Below the pieces are notes generated by a model that searched no databases, was not told where the DNA came from, and was given only the letters and a program-made list of their open reading frames with translations. A DNA stretch of 64,000 nucleotides from Candidatus Babeliales bacterium (GTDB taxonomy: Bacteria > Babelota > Babeliae > Babelales > JANWKD01): positions 416,001-480,000 of the forward strand of contig CAVXJH010000006.1 in NCBI GenBank assembly GCA_963762115.1, given 5' to 3'. The position numbers were made by a program, and so were the translations under genes. Numbering within the stretch: the stretch's first letter is position 1; each line of letters starts with the position of its first letter. Positions 1-9,072 of this stretch are shown one piece after another.

Positions 1-234
1 CAATTATGCGGCTATAAGGGCGTGTATCTTGCGACTGTTGTTCGAGAAAAAGATCATCCGCTCAAGCCATCAGATTATAAAGATAAAAATCCCAAAAAAA
101 TTTGGAAAAAATTAGGATTCAAAAGGACTAAGCTGGCTGTTATTGAACGATATCCTACTATCATTGATAGTGAAGGAAGAGTTGAAGAGCGTGAAAATCA
201 GTTATCGCTTTGGGTTAAAGAGTTTAAATCATAA
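1..234 (+). CDS. C-terminal part of a probable GNAT-family acetyltransferase (5'-truncated by window edge)
   Basis: Frame open from base 1 (QLCGYKGVYLATVVREKDHPLKP...IWKKLGF). The DHPLKP...W.KLGF segment resembles a GNAT C-terminal motif B region. Confidence 0.5.
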   Translation, partial: QLCGYKGVYLATVVREKDHPLKPSDYKDKNPKKIWKKLGFKRTKLAVIERYPTIIDSEGRVEERENQLSLWVKEFKS

Positions 235-241
235 AAAATAA

Positions 242-1477
242 TTATTTTTTCCATAAAAAACTTATTGGTAGTGCATAGAGATCTTTGCCAAAAGGAACTA
301 CTTGAGAACCATTATAAAGCACAATGCCTTTCATAAATGATTCGCCTGTTTCTGCTTGAAGGTATTGTAATCCTTTGAAATCATGTGCCGTGACCGTTTC
401 GCTATTTTTTATTTCTATACCAACAAGTGCACCCGCTTGATTTTCAAGAATAATATCGACTTCTATGCCCGTTACCGTTCTGAAATGATACAGTTTAATG
501 CGCATGCTGTTCCACGTTAACTGTTTTTGCAGTTCATTAAAAATAAAGTTTTCAAGAATGCTACCAATAAAACGATAATCGCTTATGGCTTTATCAATAC
601 GCAAGTCTAATAAAAAAGACAGAAGGCCGGTATCAACTAAATATGTTTTTGGTGATTTGGTTAATCGTTTCCCAACGTTGGTGTGCCAAGGTGGTTGAAA
701 TACAACAAGAAAAACTGTTTCAAGAAGGGTGATATAACGATGCAATGTTGTTGATGATATTCCTGTTGATCTGCCCAGTTCTGCTACATTAATTAAATTA
801 CCGACCCGTGTTGCAAGAAGTTTTAAGAGATGAGGTAATTCAGATAATCCTGAAATATTGGCTAAATCTTGAACATCTCGTTGTAAGATTGTCGTGATAT
901 AGGAATTGAACCATGCCTCACGCCCTTCATCATTCATGTTTTGTACTAATGGATAACCGCCTTGAATTATTTTGTGGTAGAGATCTGTTTTGGTTAGTGC
1001 GTTTTTTGTAAGAGGGTAAATATGATTTTTATCAAATGCGGTATCAATAAAACTTTCTTGTAGGCCTAATAGTTCACCTTGTGAGAGTGGTAATAATTCA
1101 AGAATTTCCATGCGACCTGCTAATGAATCACCCAGGCGAGGAATGAGTAAAGGATTGGCCGAACCGGTTAAAATGAAACGACCTAGCTCGCGATTTTCGT
1201 CGACATCATGTTTGATTGCCAAAAAGATTTCAGGAACTCTTTGCACCTCATCAAGAATGACGGGTTTTTCAAGACCTTGTATAAAGCCAATGGGATCATT
1301 TTTGGCCGCTGAGAGAAAACGCAAATCATCAAAGGTGACATAAGAATAATTTTTATTTTTGCCAATATGCTTTATTAGGGTTGTTTTGCCTGTTTGCCGA
1401 GCGCCGGTGAGCAAAATTACTGGGCTTCTTAAAACTGCTTTTTCTAATTTTGAGGTAATATTTCGTTTAAAATACAT
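242..1477 (-). CDS. AAA+ ATPase with DUF4143 (AAA_14 + wHTH + PD-(D/E)xK-like C-terminus)
   Basis: Walker A GARQTGKT, Walker B ILDEVQ, FILTGS, SLAGR, KxYLVDTGL and C-terminal EVDIIL...IEIK. Confidence 0.92.
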   Translation of the reverse strand: MYFKRNITSKLEKAVLRSPVILLTGARQTGKTTLIKHIGKNKNYSYVTFDDLRFLSAAKNDPIGFIQGLEKPVILDEVQRVPEIFLAIKHDVDENRELGRFILTGSANPLLIPRLGDSLAGRMEILELLPLSQGELLGLQESFIDTAFDKNHIYPLTKNALTKTDLYHKIIQGGYPLVQNMNDEGREAWFNSYITTILQRDVQDLANISGLSELPHLLKLLATRVGNLINVAELGRSTGISSTTLHRYITLLETVFLVVFQPPWHTNVGKRLTKSPKTYLVDTGLLSFLLDLRIDKAISDYRFIGSILENFIFNELQKQLTWNSMRIKLYHFRTVTGIEVDIILENQAGALVGIEIKNSETVTAHDFKGLQYLQAETGESFMKGIVLYNGSQVVPFGKDLYALPISFLWKK

Positions 1478-1503
1478 AAAATCCCCCCTGAAAATGTAAA
1501 ATC

Positions 1504-1569
1504 TACCATCTCATGGTAAATATTATACCATTTCGTGGTGGATTTTCTACCATTTCGTGGTGGATTTTA
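1504..1569. repeat. Three tandem 22-bp units (TACCATTTCGTGGTGGATTTTC-like) upstream of the AAA+ gene
   Basis: TACCAT starts at 1504, 1526 and 1548. Units 2 and 3 are 21/22 identical. Each contains an imperfect ACCA-N5-TGGT palindrome. Confidence 0.85.
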
Positions 1570-1721
1570 TAAATTTTTCTTTTTTTGGGGGGTAATTAAA
1601 TCCAAGCTCAATTTTAACATTTAGACTTATTTGTTGGCTTTTGAGAAAAGTTTTTTTTTGTATATAATATATAATATGATATTATTTTTAGTCCTATATG
1701 CTTTATTATAAGGAACTTCAT

Positions 1722-2267
1722 ATGAAACATGGAGTATTTTTTTTAGCTTTACTCGTGGTCTCAGGTCTTTTTGGCATGGATGGCAATAAAAAGCTTCCTC
1801 TAGATGTTTTAGCAAAGAATTTTAAGAGTTATCAGGAAGGGCAACTAGCTGAACACCTTAAAGGAAGGGAAAAAGTTGCCAAGCGATTTGCAGAAGATAA
1901 AATTGAAGAAATAGAACAATCAACTTATTTGCCAAAATTATGGGCTTATTCTGGTCTTGCACTTGTAGGAACTGGTCTTAGTGCGTATGGTATTTATCAT
2001 GTAGCAAAAAATGCTATGTGCTTGTTAGCAACTTATACCCTGCAAACAGGCCCCTCTGTAGAAGGCTTTAAACCGTTGTACTATACAGGTTTTGGTATTT
2101 TAGCAGCACTTGGAGCAGTGTCAACTACCATTGGTGGAATTGGCGCTGGAATCGGGTTATATAACATTCCAAAATATCTGCCAGAAGCTTTTGAAAAAAG
2201 AAAGAAGCAGGAAAAAAAACATTATGAGGACTTTAAATCAGAAGTTTCTAAATTACCAAAAGACTAG
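1722..2267 (+). CDS. Hypothetical exported/membrane protein
   Basis: Signal-like N-terminus MKHGVFFLALLVVSGLFG|MD, two Gly-rich hydrophobic segments, and AAGGA upstream of ATG 1722. Confidence 0.7.
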   Translation: MKHGVFFLALLVVSGLFGMDGNKKLPLDVLAKNFKSYQEGQLAEHLKGREKVAKRFAEDKIEEIEQSTYLPKLWAYSGLALVGTGLSAYGIYHVAKNAMCLLATYTLQTGPSVEGFKPLYYTGFGILAALGAVSTTIGGIGAGIGLYNIPKYLPEAFEKRKKQEKKHYEDFKSEVSKLPKD

Positions 2268-2355
2268 TTTATATCTAATTAATTTTTTGAATAAAGTTAA
2301 CAACTTTATTGAAGTTCAAGCATAAAAATCAAATGAATTGATACATGTGGTGAAA

Positions 2356-2994
2356 TTAATTCATTTGTAATGTCATAAGCTGGGATTCTCCATAAGGTGT
2401 TGAAAAAATGCCATAGGTGATAAATCCTACTTTTTCATAACAGCGAATTGCGGCATGATTTTCAGGTTCAGGATCAACAATGATCATAGTTGTTTGAGGT
2501 TCTAAGGTTGTTGTAAGAAAAGTAATGAACTCTTTAAGAAAACGAGTGCCATATCCTTTTCCGATGAATTTAGGGTCACCAATAAACTGATCCATACCAA
2601 TGGTAGTTTCAGGTAATTCTTTGGGGAACCAAGAACCGGCTTTTTCAAGAGTGCGATCAATATAATAATATTGAATATAGCCAAGGGGATTATTATTAAG
2701 AAGAACTAAGTAAGGTATGGTATCTTTTGATCGAATTCGTTCTAAAAACTTTTCAAAAAGCTCATTTTTTTCAGGAACGGGCCACCATTCTTTTACGTGA
2801 GGTTCTTGAAACCAGGTATAGAGTAATGATAAATCATCTCTGGTAACTTTTCTAAAAGTAAATATAGATTTTTCTTCTTTCGTGATGAAGATACTTTTAT
2901 GGGAGAAAATTGTATGTGTTAGCAAGAGGCTAATCCATGCAATAATGAATGAACTTTTTTTAAGAGATAAGATTTGATACATAATATATAACAT
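2356..2994 (-). CDS. GNAT N-acetyltransferase (AAC(6')-Ib/Acetyltransf_8-like) with hydrophobic N-terminus
   Basis: WFQEPHVKEWW, GYIQYY, GMDQFIG...GKGYGT, DPEPENHAAIRCYEKVGF. Confidence 0.88.
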   Translation of the reverse strand: MLYIMYQILSLKKSSFIIAWISLLLTHTIFSHKSIFITKEEKSIFTFRKVTRDDLSLLYTWFQEPHVKEWWPVPEKNELFEKFLERIRSKDTIPYLVLLNNNPLGYIQYYYIDRTLEKAGSWFPKELPETTIGMDQFIGDPKFIGKGYGTRFLKEFITFLTTTLEPQTTMIIVDPEPENHAAIRCYEKVGFITYGIFSTPYGESQLMTLQMN

Positions 2995-2995
2995 T

Positions 2996-3036
2996 ATCTC
3001 GTGGTGGATTTTCTACCATTTGGTGGGAGATTTTAC
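2996..3036. repeat. Second copy of the 22-bp repeat region (direct repeat of 1530-1570)
   Basis: ATCTCGTGGTGGATTTTCTACCATTTGGTGGGAGATTTTAC matches 1530-1570 at 36/41 positions (manual count). Confidence 0.85.
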
Positions 3037-3185
3037 AAATCATCGAGAGAATCCCACTCGTTAATGGTTTTTATGCGGTTGGGATCTTTTTCTGCTTGTG
3101 CATCAGCTTCTTTTAAAATATGGGATTTTTCCTCATTAATTGATGCATTAGTTCCTGTTGAATCAGTATTATTTAATTTTTTCAT
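3033..3185 (-). CDS. Small 50-aa protein not in the ORF track, possibly an antitoxin-like remnant
   Basis: AAGGAG Shine-Dalgarno 9 nt before ATG; MKKLNNTDSTGTNASINEEKSHILKEADAQAEKDPNRIKTINEWDSLDDL*. Confidence 0.5.
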   Translation of the reverse strand: MKKLNNTDSTGTNASINEEKSHILKEADAQAEKDPNRIKTINEWDSLDDL

Positions 3186-3275
3186 GATTTTTTACTCCTT
3201 ATGCTTAAGATATCATATTTTTGGGCAATTTGATTATCGTGTTGAAAAGACATAAAATAATTAATGGCAATAAAC

Positions 3276-3304
3276 TTTACCCACTTTCCCATTTATGCTA
3301 CAAT
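3276..3304 (+). promoter_or_regulatory. Sigma70-like promoter of the TA operon with overlapping CCCA direct repeats
   Basis: TTTACC-17 nt-TACAAT with extended -10 TG. CCCACTT/CCCATTT repeats overlap the -35 and spacer. Confidence 0.55.
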
Positions 3305-3324
3305 TTAAAATAAGAGGTGTTATT

Positions 3325-3585
3325 ATGAAAAAAGAAACTATATATGTTAAAGTTGACTCACGTAATCGAGTCACCATCCCCAAAGAAATAGCTAAAGATC
3401 TATCCCATCTTTATAAAATATATGAAAAGAGCGGAAAAATTATTCTTGAACCAATTCAGGAAATTCCTCAAGAAGAAAAGTGGCTTTTTGATCCCAAAAA
3501 TAAAGCCATTGTTGATGAACTAAAAGAAGCTCTTAAGCAAAAAGCTGACAGGGTTATTGATTTAGGGATTTTTGAAGAAGAATAA
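3325..3585 (+). CDS. AbrB/MazE/SpoVT-family antitoxin
   Basis: YVKVDSRNRVTIPKEI swapped-hairpin motif, IILEP, acidic C-terminus and GAGG RBS; 3 nt upstream of a toxin-like gene. Confidence 0.8.
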   Translation: MKKETIYVKVDSRNRVTIPKEIAKDLSHLYKIYEKSGKIILEPIQEIPQEEKWLFDPKNKAIVDELKEALKQKADRVIDLGIFEEE

Positions 3586-3588
3586 TGT

Positions 3589-3885
3589 ATGATTCATAAA
3601 TTAATATACACAGAGGCCGCCGAAACTCATTTATGGAATCTTAAAAATGATCTTTCAAAACAAAGAATCTTAAAAGATGTTATCAAGGCTTTACGTTATA
3701 TGGAAGCAAATTTACGCCATCCTTCTTTGAATACTCATGAATATCATAATCTTAAGGGGCCAAATGGAGAAAAAATATTTGAAGCATATGTACAACAAAA
3801 AACAGCAGGTGCTTATCGAATATTTTGGCATTATGGACCTGAAAAGCAAATGGTTACCATCATAGCCATATTGCCTCATCCATAA
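3589..3885 (+). CDS. RelE/ParE-like type II toxin
   Basis: 98 aa; LRHPSLNTH, EAYV, AYRIFWHY, IIAILPHP; coupled to the antitoxin. Confidence 0.72.
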   Translation: MIHKLIYTEAAETHLWNLKNDLSKQRILKDVIKALRYMEANLRHPSLNTHEYHNLKGPNGEKIFEAYVQQKTAGAYRIFWHYGPEKQMVTIIAILPHP

Positions 3886-3933
3886 ATATTTATTAATTTA
3901 ACCTTTTTACTTTTTCCTTGGAGTGTGTTTTTC

Positions 3934-5856
3934 ATGAAAATAAATTCAAAAATTGCTGGTCTTTTTATAATTACTTTTGCAACAATCATAGTGAGTTATG
4001 CATCATTCAAAATGCATAATAAGGTGCCGTTGATACCTCGAACAGTTCTTTTTGGCAATCCTGAAAAATCCTATCCTTCACTTTCTCCTGATGGAATTTA
4101 TCTGGCATATTGTGCGCCAAATAAAGGGGTGATGAATATTTGGATCAGAACGGTGGGCAAAAATGATGATAAAGCTATTACTCATGAAACTAAACAGGGC
4201 ATTTATAGCTTTAGTTGGACGCCAAATGGTCAACAATTATTGTATGTTCGTGATAATGATGGTGATGAAAATTATCAGATATTGGCAGTTGATAGGGTAA
4301 CAGAGGACATAAAAAATTATACACTTTTTCCTGGCGTGAAAGCTCATATACTTCAAATTGATAAAGAGTATCCTTATGAAATTTTAGTGGAGATAAACAA
4401 GGAGAATCCAAAAGTTTTTGATGTATATCATCTTGATTTAAGAACTGGAGCTTTGACGTTAGTTGTAAAAAATCCTGGAACGTTTACCGAATGGATTGCT
4501 GGCAGTAATCTGCAAGTTTTAGGTGCTTTGCAAACAAACGCTGATGGCTCACAAGACTTATTTGTACGCGATAGTAATGATGATGAATGGAGGAAACTAG
4601 TATCAGTTAGTTTTGAAGATACGTTAGTTGATGAGATGCATTCAGGACTTTTAGGATTTAATAAAGATAATACAATTTTATATTTGAATAGCTCCTTAGG
4701 AACTAATACAAGAAGCCTCCAAGCCGTAAATGTAAAAACAGGTGAACGTATAATTATGGCACAAGATTCTGAATTTGATGTTGATTATGTAACATTTAAT
4801 GTGTTTACCTTTGAGCCTGAAATTGTCTGTTTTGAAAAAGAACGCTATGAATACAAAGTTCTTAATCCTACTCTTGAGAAAGATTTTGATCGAATACGAT
4901 CTATTTGTTCAGGTGATTTGGCAGCTATAAGAAAAACTAAAGATGGCAAAAAGGTATTACTCGGTTTTGTATTTGATAACAAATCAGTTGAATATTATGT
5001 ATATGATTTTTGCACAAAAGAATCTACATTTTTATTCTATCAACGTCCAGAACTCAATAAATATCAACTTGCGCCCATGGAACCAATCTCTTTTGTTGCG
5101 CGCGATGGATTAAAGATTCATGGTTATCTTACGTGTCCATTGAAAGTTAAAAAAGAAAATTTACCATTAGTGTTATATGTTCATGGTGGGCCATTTTATC
5201 GAGATAGTTGGGAATATAATTCAGTAGTTCAATTGTTGGCCAATCGAGGATGCGCGTGCTTACAAATTAATTTTCGTGGTTCAAGTGGGTATGGCAAAGC
5301 ATTTTTAGCTGCAGGCAATGGAGAATGGGGCGGTAAAATGCAAGATGATCTTGTTGATGGTGTTCAATGGGCAATTGATCAAGGCATTGCTGATCCAAAG
5401 AAAATGGCGATTTTTGGCGGTTCATATGGCGGGTATGCGGTGCTTGTTGGTGCAACATGTACGCCAGATCTTTTTTGTTGTGCTATAGATATGTGTGGAC
5501 CAAGTAATTTAACAACGGTTTTACAAACATTGCCGCCTTATTGGTCGTTAGCGCAATGGGAACAACGTATAGGAAAATTGAGTGATGAAGAGTTTCTTAA
5601 ATCGCGTTCGCCTTTATTTAAAACCGATCAAATAAAAATTCCAATGCTTATTGCGCATGGCGCTAATGATGTGCGAGTTAAACAGGCAGAATCAGAGCAG
5701 ATTGTTGCAGCCATGAAAGAAAAAGGTATTGATTATGAATACTTACTTTTTCCTGATGAAGGTCACGGTCTTGCTCGACCAGAAAATCGATTAAAATTTT
5801 ATGCACATGTTGAACAATTCTTAGCCAAACATCTTGGCACGCGTTTTGAACGATAA
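3934..5856 (+). CDS. S9 family peptidase (dipeptidyl aminopeptidase/acylaminoacyl peptidase)
   Basis: VHGGP, GGSYGG nucleophile, HGANDVRV and DEGHG triad motifs; N-terminal propeller region and signal anchor. Confidence 0.95.
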   Translation: MKINSKIAGLFIITFATIIVSYASFKMHNKVPLIPRTVLFGNPEKSYPSLSPDGIYLAYCAPNKGVMNIWIRTVGKNDDKAITHETKQGIYSFSWTPNGQQLLYVRDNDGDENYQILAVDRVTEDIKNYTLFPGVKAHILQIDKEYPYEILVEINKENPKVFDVYHLDLRTGALTLVVKNPGTFTEWIAGSNLQVLGALQTNADGSQDLFVRDSNDDEWRKLVSVSFEDTLVDEMHSGLLGFNKDNTILYLNSSLGTNTRSLQAVNVKTGERIIMAQDSEFDVDYVTFNVFTFEPEIVCFEKERYEYKVLNPTLEKDFDRIRSICSGDLAAIRKTKDGKKVLLGFVFDNKSVEYYVYDFCTKESTFLFYQRPELNKYQLAPMEPISFVARDGLKIHGYLTCPLKVKKENLPLVLYVHGGPFYRDSWEYNSVVQLLANRGCACLQINFRGSSGYGKAFLAAGNGEWGGKMQDDLVDGVQWAIDQGIADPKKMAIFGGSYGGYAVLVGATCTPDLFCCAIDMCGPSNLTTVLQTLPPYWSLAQWEQRIGKLSDEEFLKSRSPLFKTDQIKIPMLIAHGANDVRVKQAESEQIVAAMKEKGIDYEYLLFPDEGHGLARPENRLKFYAHVEQFLAKHLGTRFER

Positions 5857-5876
5857 GGTACTTAATAGTAACAACA

Positions 5877-6527
5877 ATGCTAAAAAAACATTTTTTTTTA
5901 TTATTATTAACATTGCATTGTTCGGTGCAAGCGGTTAACAATAAACATGAAATTAATGATAACTCTCATGAAGTCGTTTGTAATAGAGTGTTAGTAGGAA
6001 GCTTCTACTCTGTCCTTGCTTTTGATGTTGCATTATTGTTATCAAGATCGCTTCAATCTTTTGTCTTTGGCAATGGAGCAGTTGATGTTGCAACTGAAAA
6101 TGGTGTTGGAAAAATTGCCAATGCCATTGATATGCAATCGACGCCAATAATAAAACAAGCTTATTCTGGTTGGCGTGGGATAGCAGGTGCAGTATTTTCT
6201 AATCATGATGTACTTTTTATTAGTTCTGGCTTAGATCAAATAAATCACTATGATGAAACATTCATACGAGAGATCAAGCAGGGTCTGATTAATATAGAAT
6301 ACAAGCGTGATCGTAATGTCCTTATTGCATCAGCAGCAATTCCAATCCTTATTTTTGGTGGTATTAAGGCCGCATCAAATCTCTTTGCAGAAAATGAGAT
6401 TGATAATAATCTTAAAAAGAGTGTTAATTATCTTTCTCAGAATTTCACGGCAAAAGCTCTTCTATCATTATTGAGTATTTATGCATTCATTAAAATACAA
6501 GATTATTGTTTGCATTCAGGTTGTTGA
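5877..6527 (+). CDS. Hypothetical membrane protein with signal peptide
   Basis: 216-aa ORF with signal-like N-terminus and three hydrophobic segments. Confidence 0.65.
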   Translation: MLKKHFFLLLLTLHCSVQAVNNKHEINDNSHEVVCNRVLVGSFYSVLAFDVALLLSRSLQSFVFGNGAVDVATENGVGKIANAIDMQSTPIIKQAYSGWRGIAGAVFSNHDVLFISSGLDQINHYDETFIREIKQGLINIEYKRDRNVLIASAAIPILIFGGIKAASNLFAENEIDNNLKKSVNYLSQNFTAKALLSLLSIYAFIKIQDYCLHSGC

Positions 6528-6543
6528 CCAAAAAATGAGTATG

Positions 6544-7260
6544 TTAGTTGAGCATTCCAGGTTCTTTAATTTTATCAAGACACTCTTTTAGTTTTATTAG
6601 TATGGCATTTCTTTGTTCATGAAGATATTCTGCATTGTTCATTTGTTCAGCGCTATAAGTGAACCGTTTCATAGTTTCTATATCTTGCAGCGTTGAATAA
6701 GTATTTTCAGGTGATTGTTGTATTTTTAAGAAAGATGTAGCAATCCACAATAATTGTTCTGCGGCTAGATCTTTGGAGAAAGTATTATCTTGTTCTAAAA
6801 TAGTTGATGAGACATTCCATAATTCTCCAAATAGTTTTTTTGTTTCTGCACTGTATGCTTTGCCTATTTCTTGATAGGCTTTTTGTGATACTTCAACATA
6901 TATAGTATGAAGTTTTTCATGGCATGCTCTGATTTTGTTAAAATTGATCATTCCATCATGATGCGGTCTTGCTTTAAGCTGTTGCCAGGTTGCGCTTCCT
7001 TCTTGTAAAATTCCATAGGTTGATTGTGGGCATGCGCGCATTAGATAAATTGAATTAGGAATAATTTCTAAGGCAGGTTTTAAGTCTTCATCTGGAATAG
7101 GTGCATAAATACTGAGTAACTCTTCATGTATTTCTATTGTTTCTTGAGCATGAGCCGCGCTTTTTTCGCCTTTGATTATATCATTTATTGAAAAGTTATG
7201 CATTGATTGTGATTGAAATATTGTTTGTAATACTAGCAAAAGTATAATGCATTTTTTCAT
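6544..7260 (-). CDS. Hypothetical exported alpha-helical protein
   Basis: MKKCIILLLVLQTIFQSQS|MH signal-like start; AGGA RBS. Confidence 0.7.
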   Translation of the reverse strand: MKKCIILLLVLQTIFQSQSMHNFSINDIIKGEKSAAHAQETIEIHEELLSIYAPIPDEDLKPALEIIPNSIYLMRACPQSTYGILQEGSATWQQLKARPHHDGMINFNKIRACHEKLHTIYVEVSQKAYQEIGKAYSAETKKLFGELWNVSSTILEQDNTFSKDLAAEQLLWIATSFLKIQQSPENTYSTLQDIETMKRFTYSAEQMNNAEYLHEQRNAILIKLKECLDKIKEPGMLN

Positions 7261-7434
7261 AACATGTTCCTAAAATTGCAATTGGTATCGATTATATTTT
7301 GATTGCGATTGTACCATCTTTATTTAACATTGTTAAATAAAAAATCGTTATTCTTGAGAAAAAATATAATTAATTATTATGGTAACACAGAGTTGAATAT
7401 ACCTTTTATAATTCTTTATTTTCTGGGAATTGCA

Positions 7435-9057
7435 ATGTCACATTCTAAAAACATAGTTTTTATAACGTTATTATTAAGCGGAGTTGTTATGGAAAGAATT
7501 ATGGGTGCAAGTACGGTGCGTGGTGATATTCATGTCTCTTATTATGGAAAGACGGTTGATGATTTAATGATTGAATATATGGAGAAAAACAATATTCCTG
7601 GTATGTCATTAGCAATTGTGCAAGCGCCCTATATTCCCCGTGTTGTTGCTTATGGCATTTCTGATAAAGAAGCTAAACGATTAGCAGCAACAAATACTGT
7701 TTTTAATATTGGGCAAATGACTAATGCTTTCACTGGTGTTGCCATCATGCAATTAAAGGGAGAAGGCAAACTTAGTTTAGAAGATTCGATTATGAAGTAC
7801 TTACCGGAAGTTCCAAAAAAATGGGCAGAAATTTCAATTCGTGATTTGATAACGCACACTTCAGGATTGCCAAGTTATACTGAAATGCCTGGTTTTGATT
7901 ATAGTAAGGAATATACGCCATTGCAGATTATTGCATTGGTTAAAGATCAAGATTTGTTATTTGAACCAGGAACTCAAGCATATGCAAGTGCAACTGATCA
8001 CTATCTGTTAGGTCTTATCATTGAAAAAGTTAGTGGCATGCCTTATGAAGAGTATGTAACAAAAAATCAAATTGAGCGTGTTGGCTTGAAAGATACTTTT
8101 TTTATTTCAAATCAAGATACCATCCAAAATGAAGTTAATAATGGTTCAAAACCATTTAAGCATAGTGAATTTTTGCATAATTCCATTTTTATTAATCCAA
8201 CAGAATTGGCAACAGGGTATGGTGAATCTGATGGGAAACTTAATCCAAGCAAAAAATGTAGTTGGTCTGCAACCTTTGCCGATAGTGGTATGATTGCTTC
8301 CAGCCAAGATATTAGTATGTGGGATATTTCGTTAGCGGGGGATATTTTAGTCAAAGATGCCAAAGATAGAGAGTTTTTATATAGTCCCGTGAAATTAAAA
8401 AATGGTCAAATAATACCGGGCAATGCCGGATGGTTTTTCCCCGGTCATAAAGGTCTCATGGAAATAAAGGGAAATATTCCCGGATATTCATCATTTTTGA
8501 GTCGTTTTACTGATCCTAAAGAACTATTATGTGTTACGTTATTGGCTAATAAAGAAAATTTGGCTGACTTAGATATTTTGGCGCGTAAAATTGCAGCTGC
8601 TTTTGAGTCATCTCTTGCAACACCTCGAAGTTCAGCATGGTCAGTTACTATGCAGAGTCCTTATTCGGTTGAAAAAACATTAGACCGTGTGGTTGAGTTT
8701 GTCAAAGCACATGGTGGCGCGGTGTTTGCGCGTATTGATCATGCACAAGAAGCGGCAAAAGCTGATCAAAAATTACAACCAACTCAAGTGTTGATAGTGG
8801 GAAACCCTGCTCAAGGAACTGCTATGATGCAAGCAACGCCGCAAATGGCATTGGATTTGCCGTTGCGCATTATGGCAACGCAAGATGCTTCTAATAAAGT
8901 ATGGTTAAGTTTCACTGATCCGATTGTTCTTGCACGAGAATATGGCAATGATGATCTGCAGCATAAAGAACATTTAAAGAAGATACATAATGCATTGCTT
9001 AAAGCATGCCAAGCGGCAATATTACCTTATTCTAGCGTTCCTCAAAAAAGTGTATAA
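7435..9057 (+). CDS. Beta-lactamase-family (serine hydrolase fold) protein fused to DUF302; catalytic motifs degenerate
   Basis: IPGMSLAIV, LITHTSGLP and LLFEPG family motifs; C-terminal FARIDH...GNP..GT..MQ...ALDLPLRI (DUF302). SxxK reads QMTN. Confidence 0.85.
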   Translation: MSHSKNIVFITLLLSGVVMERIMGASTVRGDIHVSYYGKTVDDLMIEYMEKNNIPGMSLAIVQAPYIPRVVAYGISDKEAKRLAATNTVFNIGQMTNAFTGVAIMQLKGEGKLSLEDSIMKYLPEVPKKWAEISIRDLITHTSGLPSYTEMPGFDYSKEYTPLQIIALVKDQDLLFEPGTQAYASATDHYLLGLIIEKVSGMPYEEYVTKNQIERVGLKDTFFISNQDTIQNEVNNGSKPFKHSEFLHNSIFINPTELATGYGESDGKLNPSKKCSWSATFADSGMIASSQDISMWDISLAGDILVKDAKDREFLYSPVKLKNGQIIPGNAGWFFPGHKGLMEIKGNIPGYSSFLSRFTDPKELLCVTLLANKENLADLDILARKIAAAFESSLATPRSSAWSVTMQSPYSVEKTLDRVVEFVKAHGGAVFARIDHAQEAAKADQKLQPTQVLIVGNPAQGTAMMQATPQMALDLPLRIMATQDASNKVWLSFTDPIVLAREYGNDDLQHKEHLKKIHNALLKACQAAILPYSSVPQKSV

Positions 9058-9072
9058 AACGAGTAAGGTTAT
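8950..9072. repeat. Direct repeat copy 1 (3' end of the beta-lactamase-like gene)
   Basis: 8963-9060 matches 10183-10280 at 92/98 positions. Confidence 0.93.

Noticed and set aside
1504..1569. CRISPR array
   Set aside because: Units are contiguous with no unique spacers, and there are no cas genes.
3001..3255. 84-aa plus-strand ORF
   Set aside because: Starts inside the repeat with no RBS; the antisense 50-aa ORF has a clear Shine-Dalgarno.
2356..9057. Antibiotic-resistance genes (AAC(6') and beta-lactamase)
   Set aside because: Only family-level similarity; the beta-lactamase-like protein lacks its catalytic residues and the GNAT substrate is unknown.
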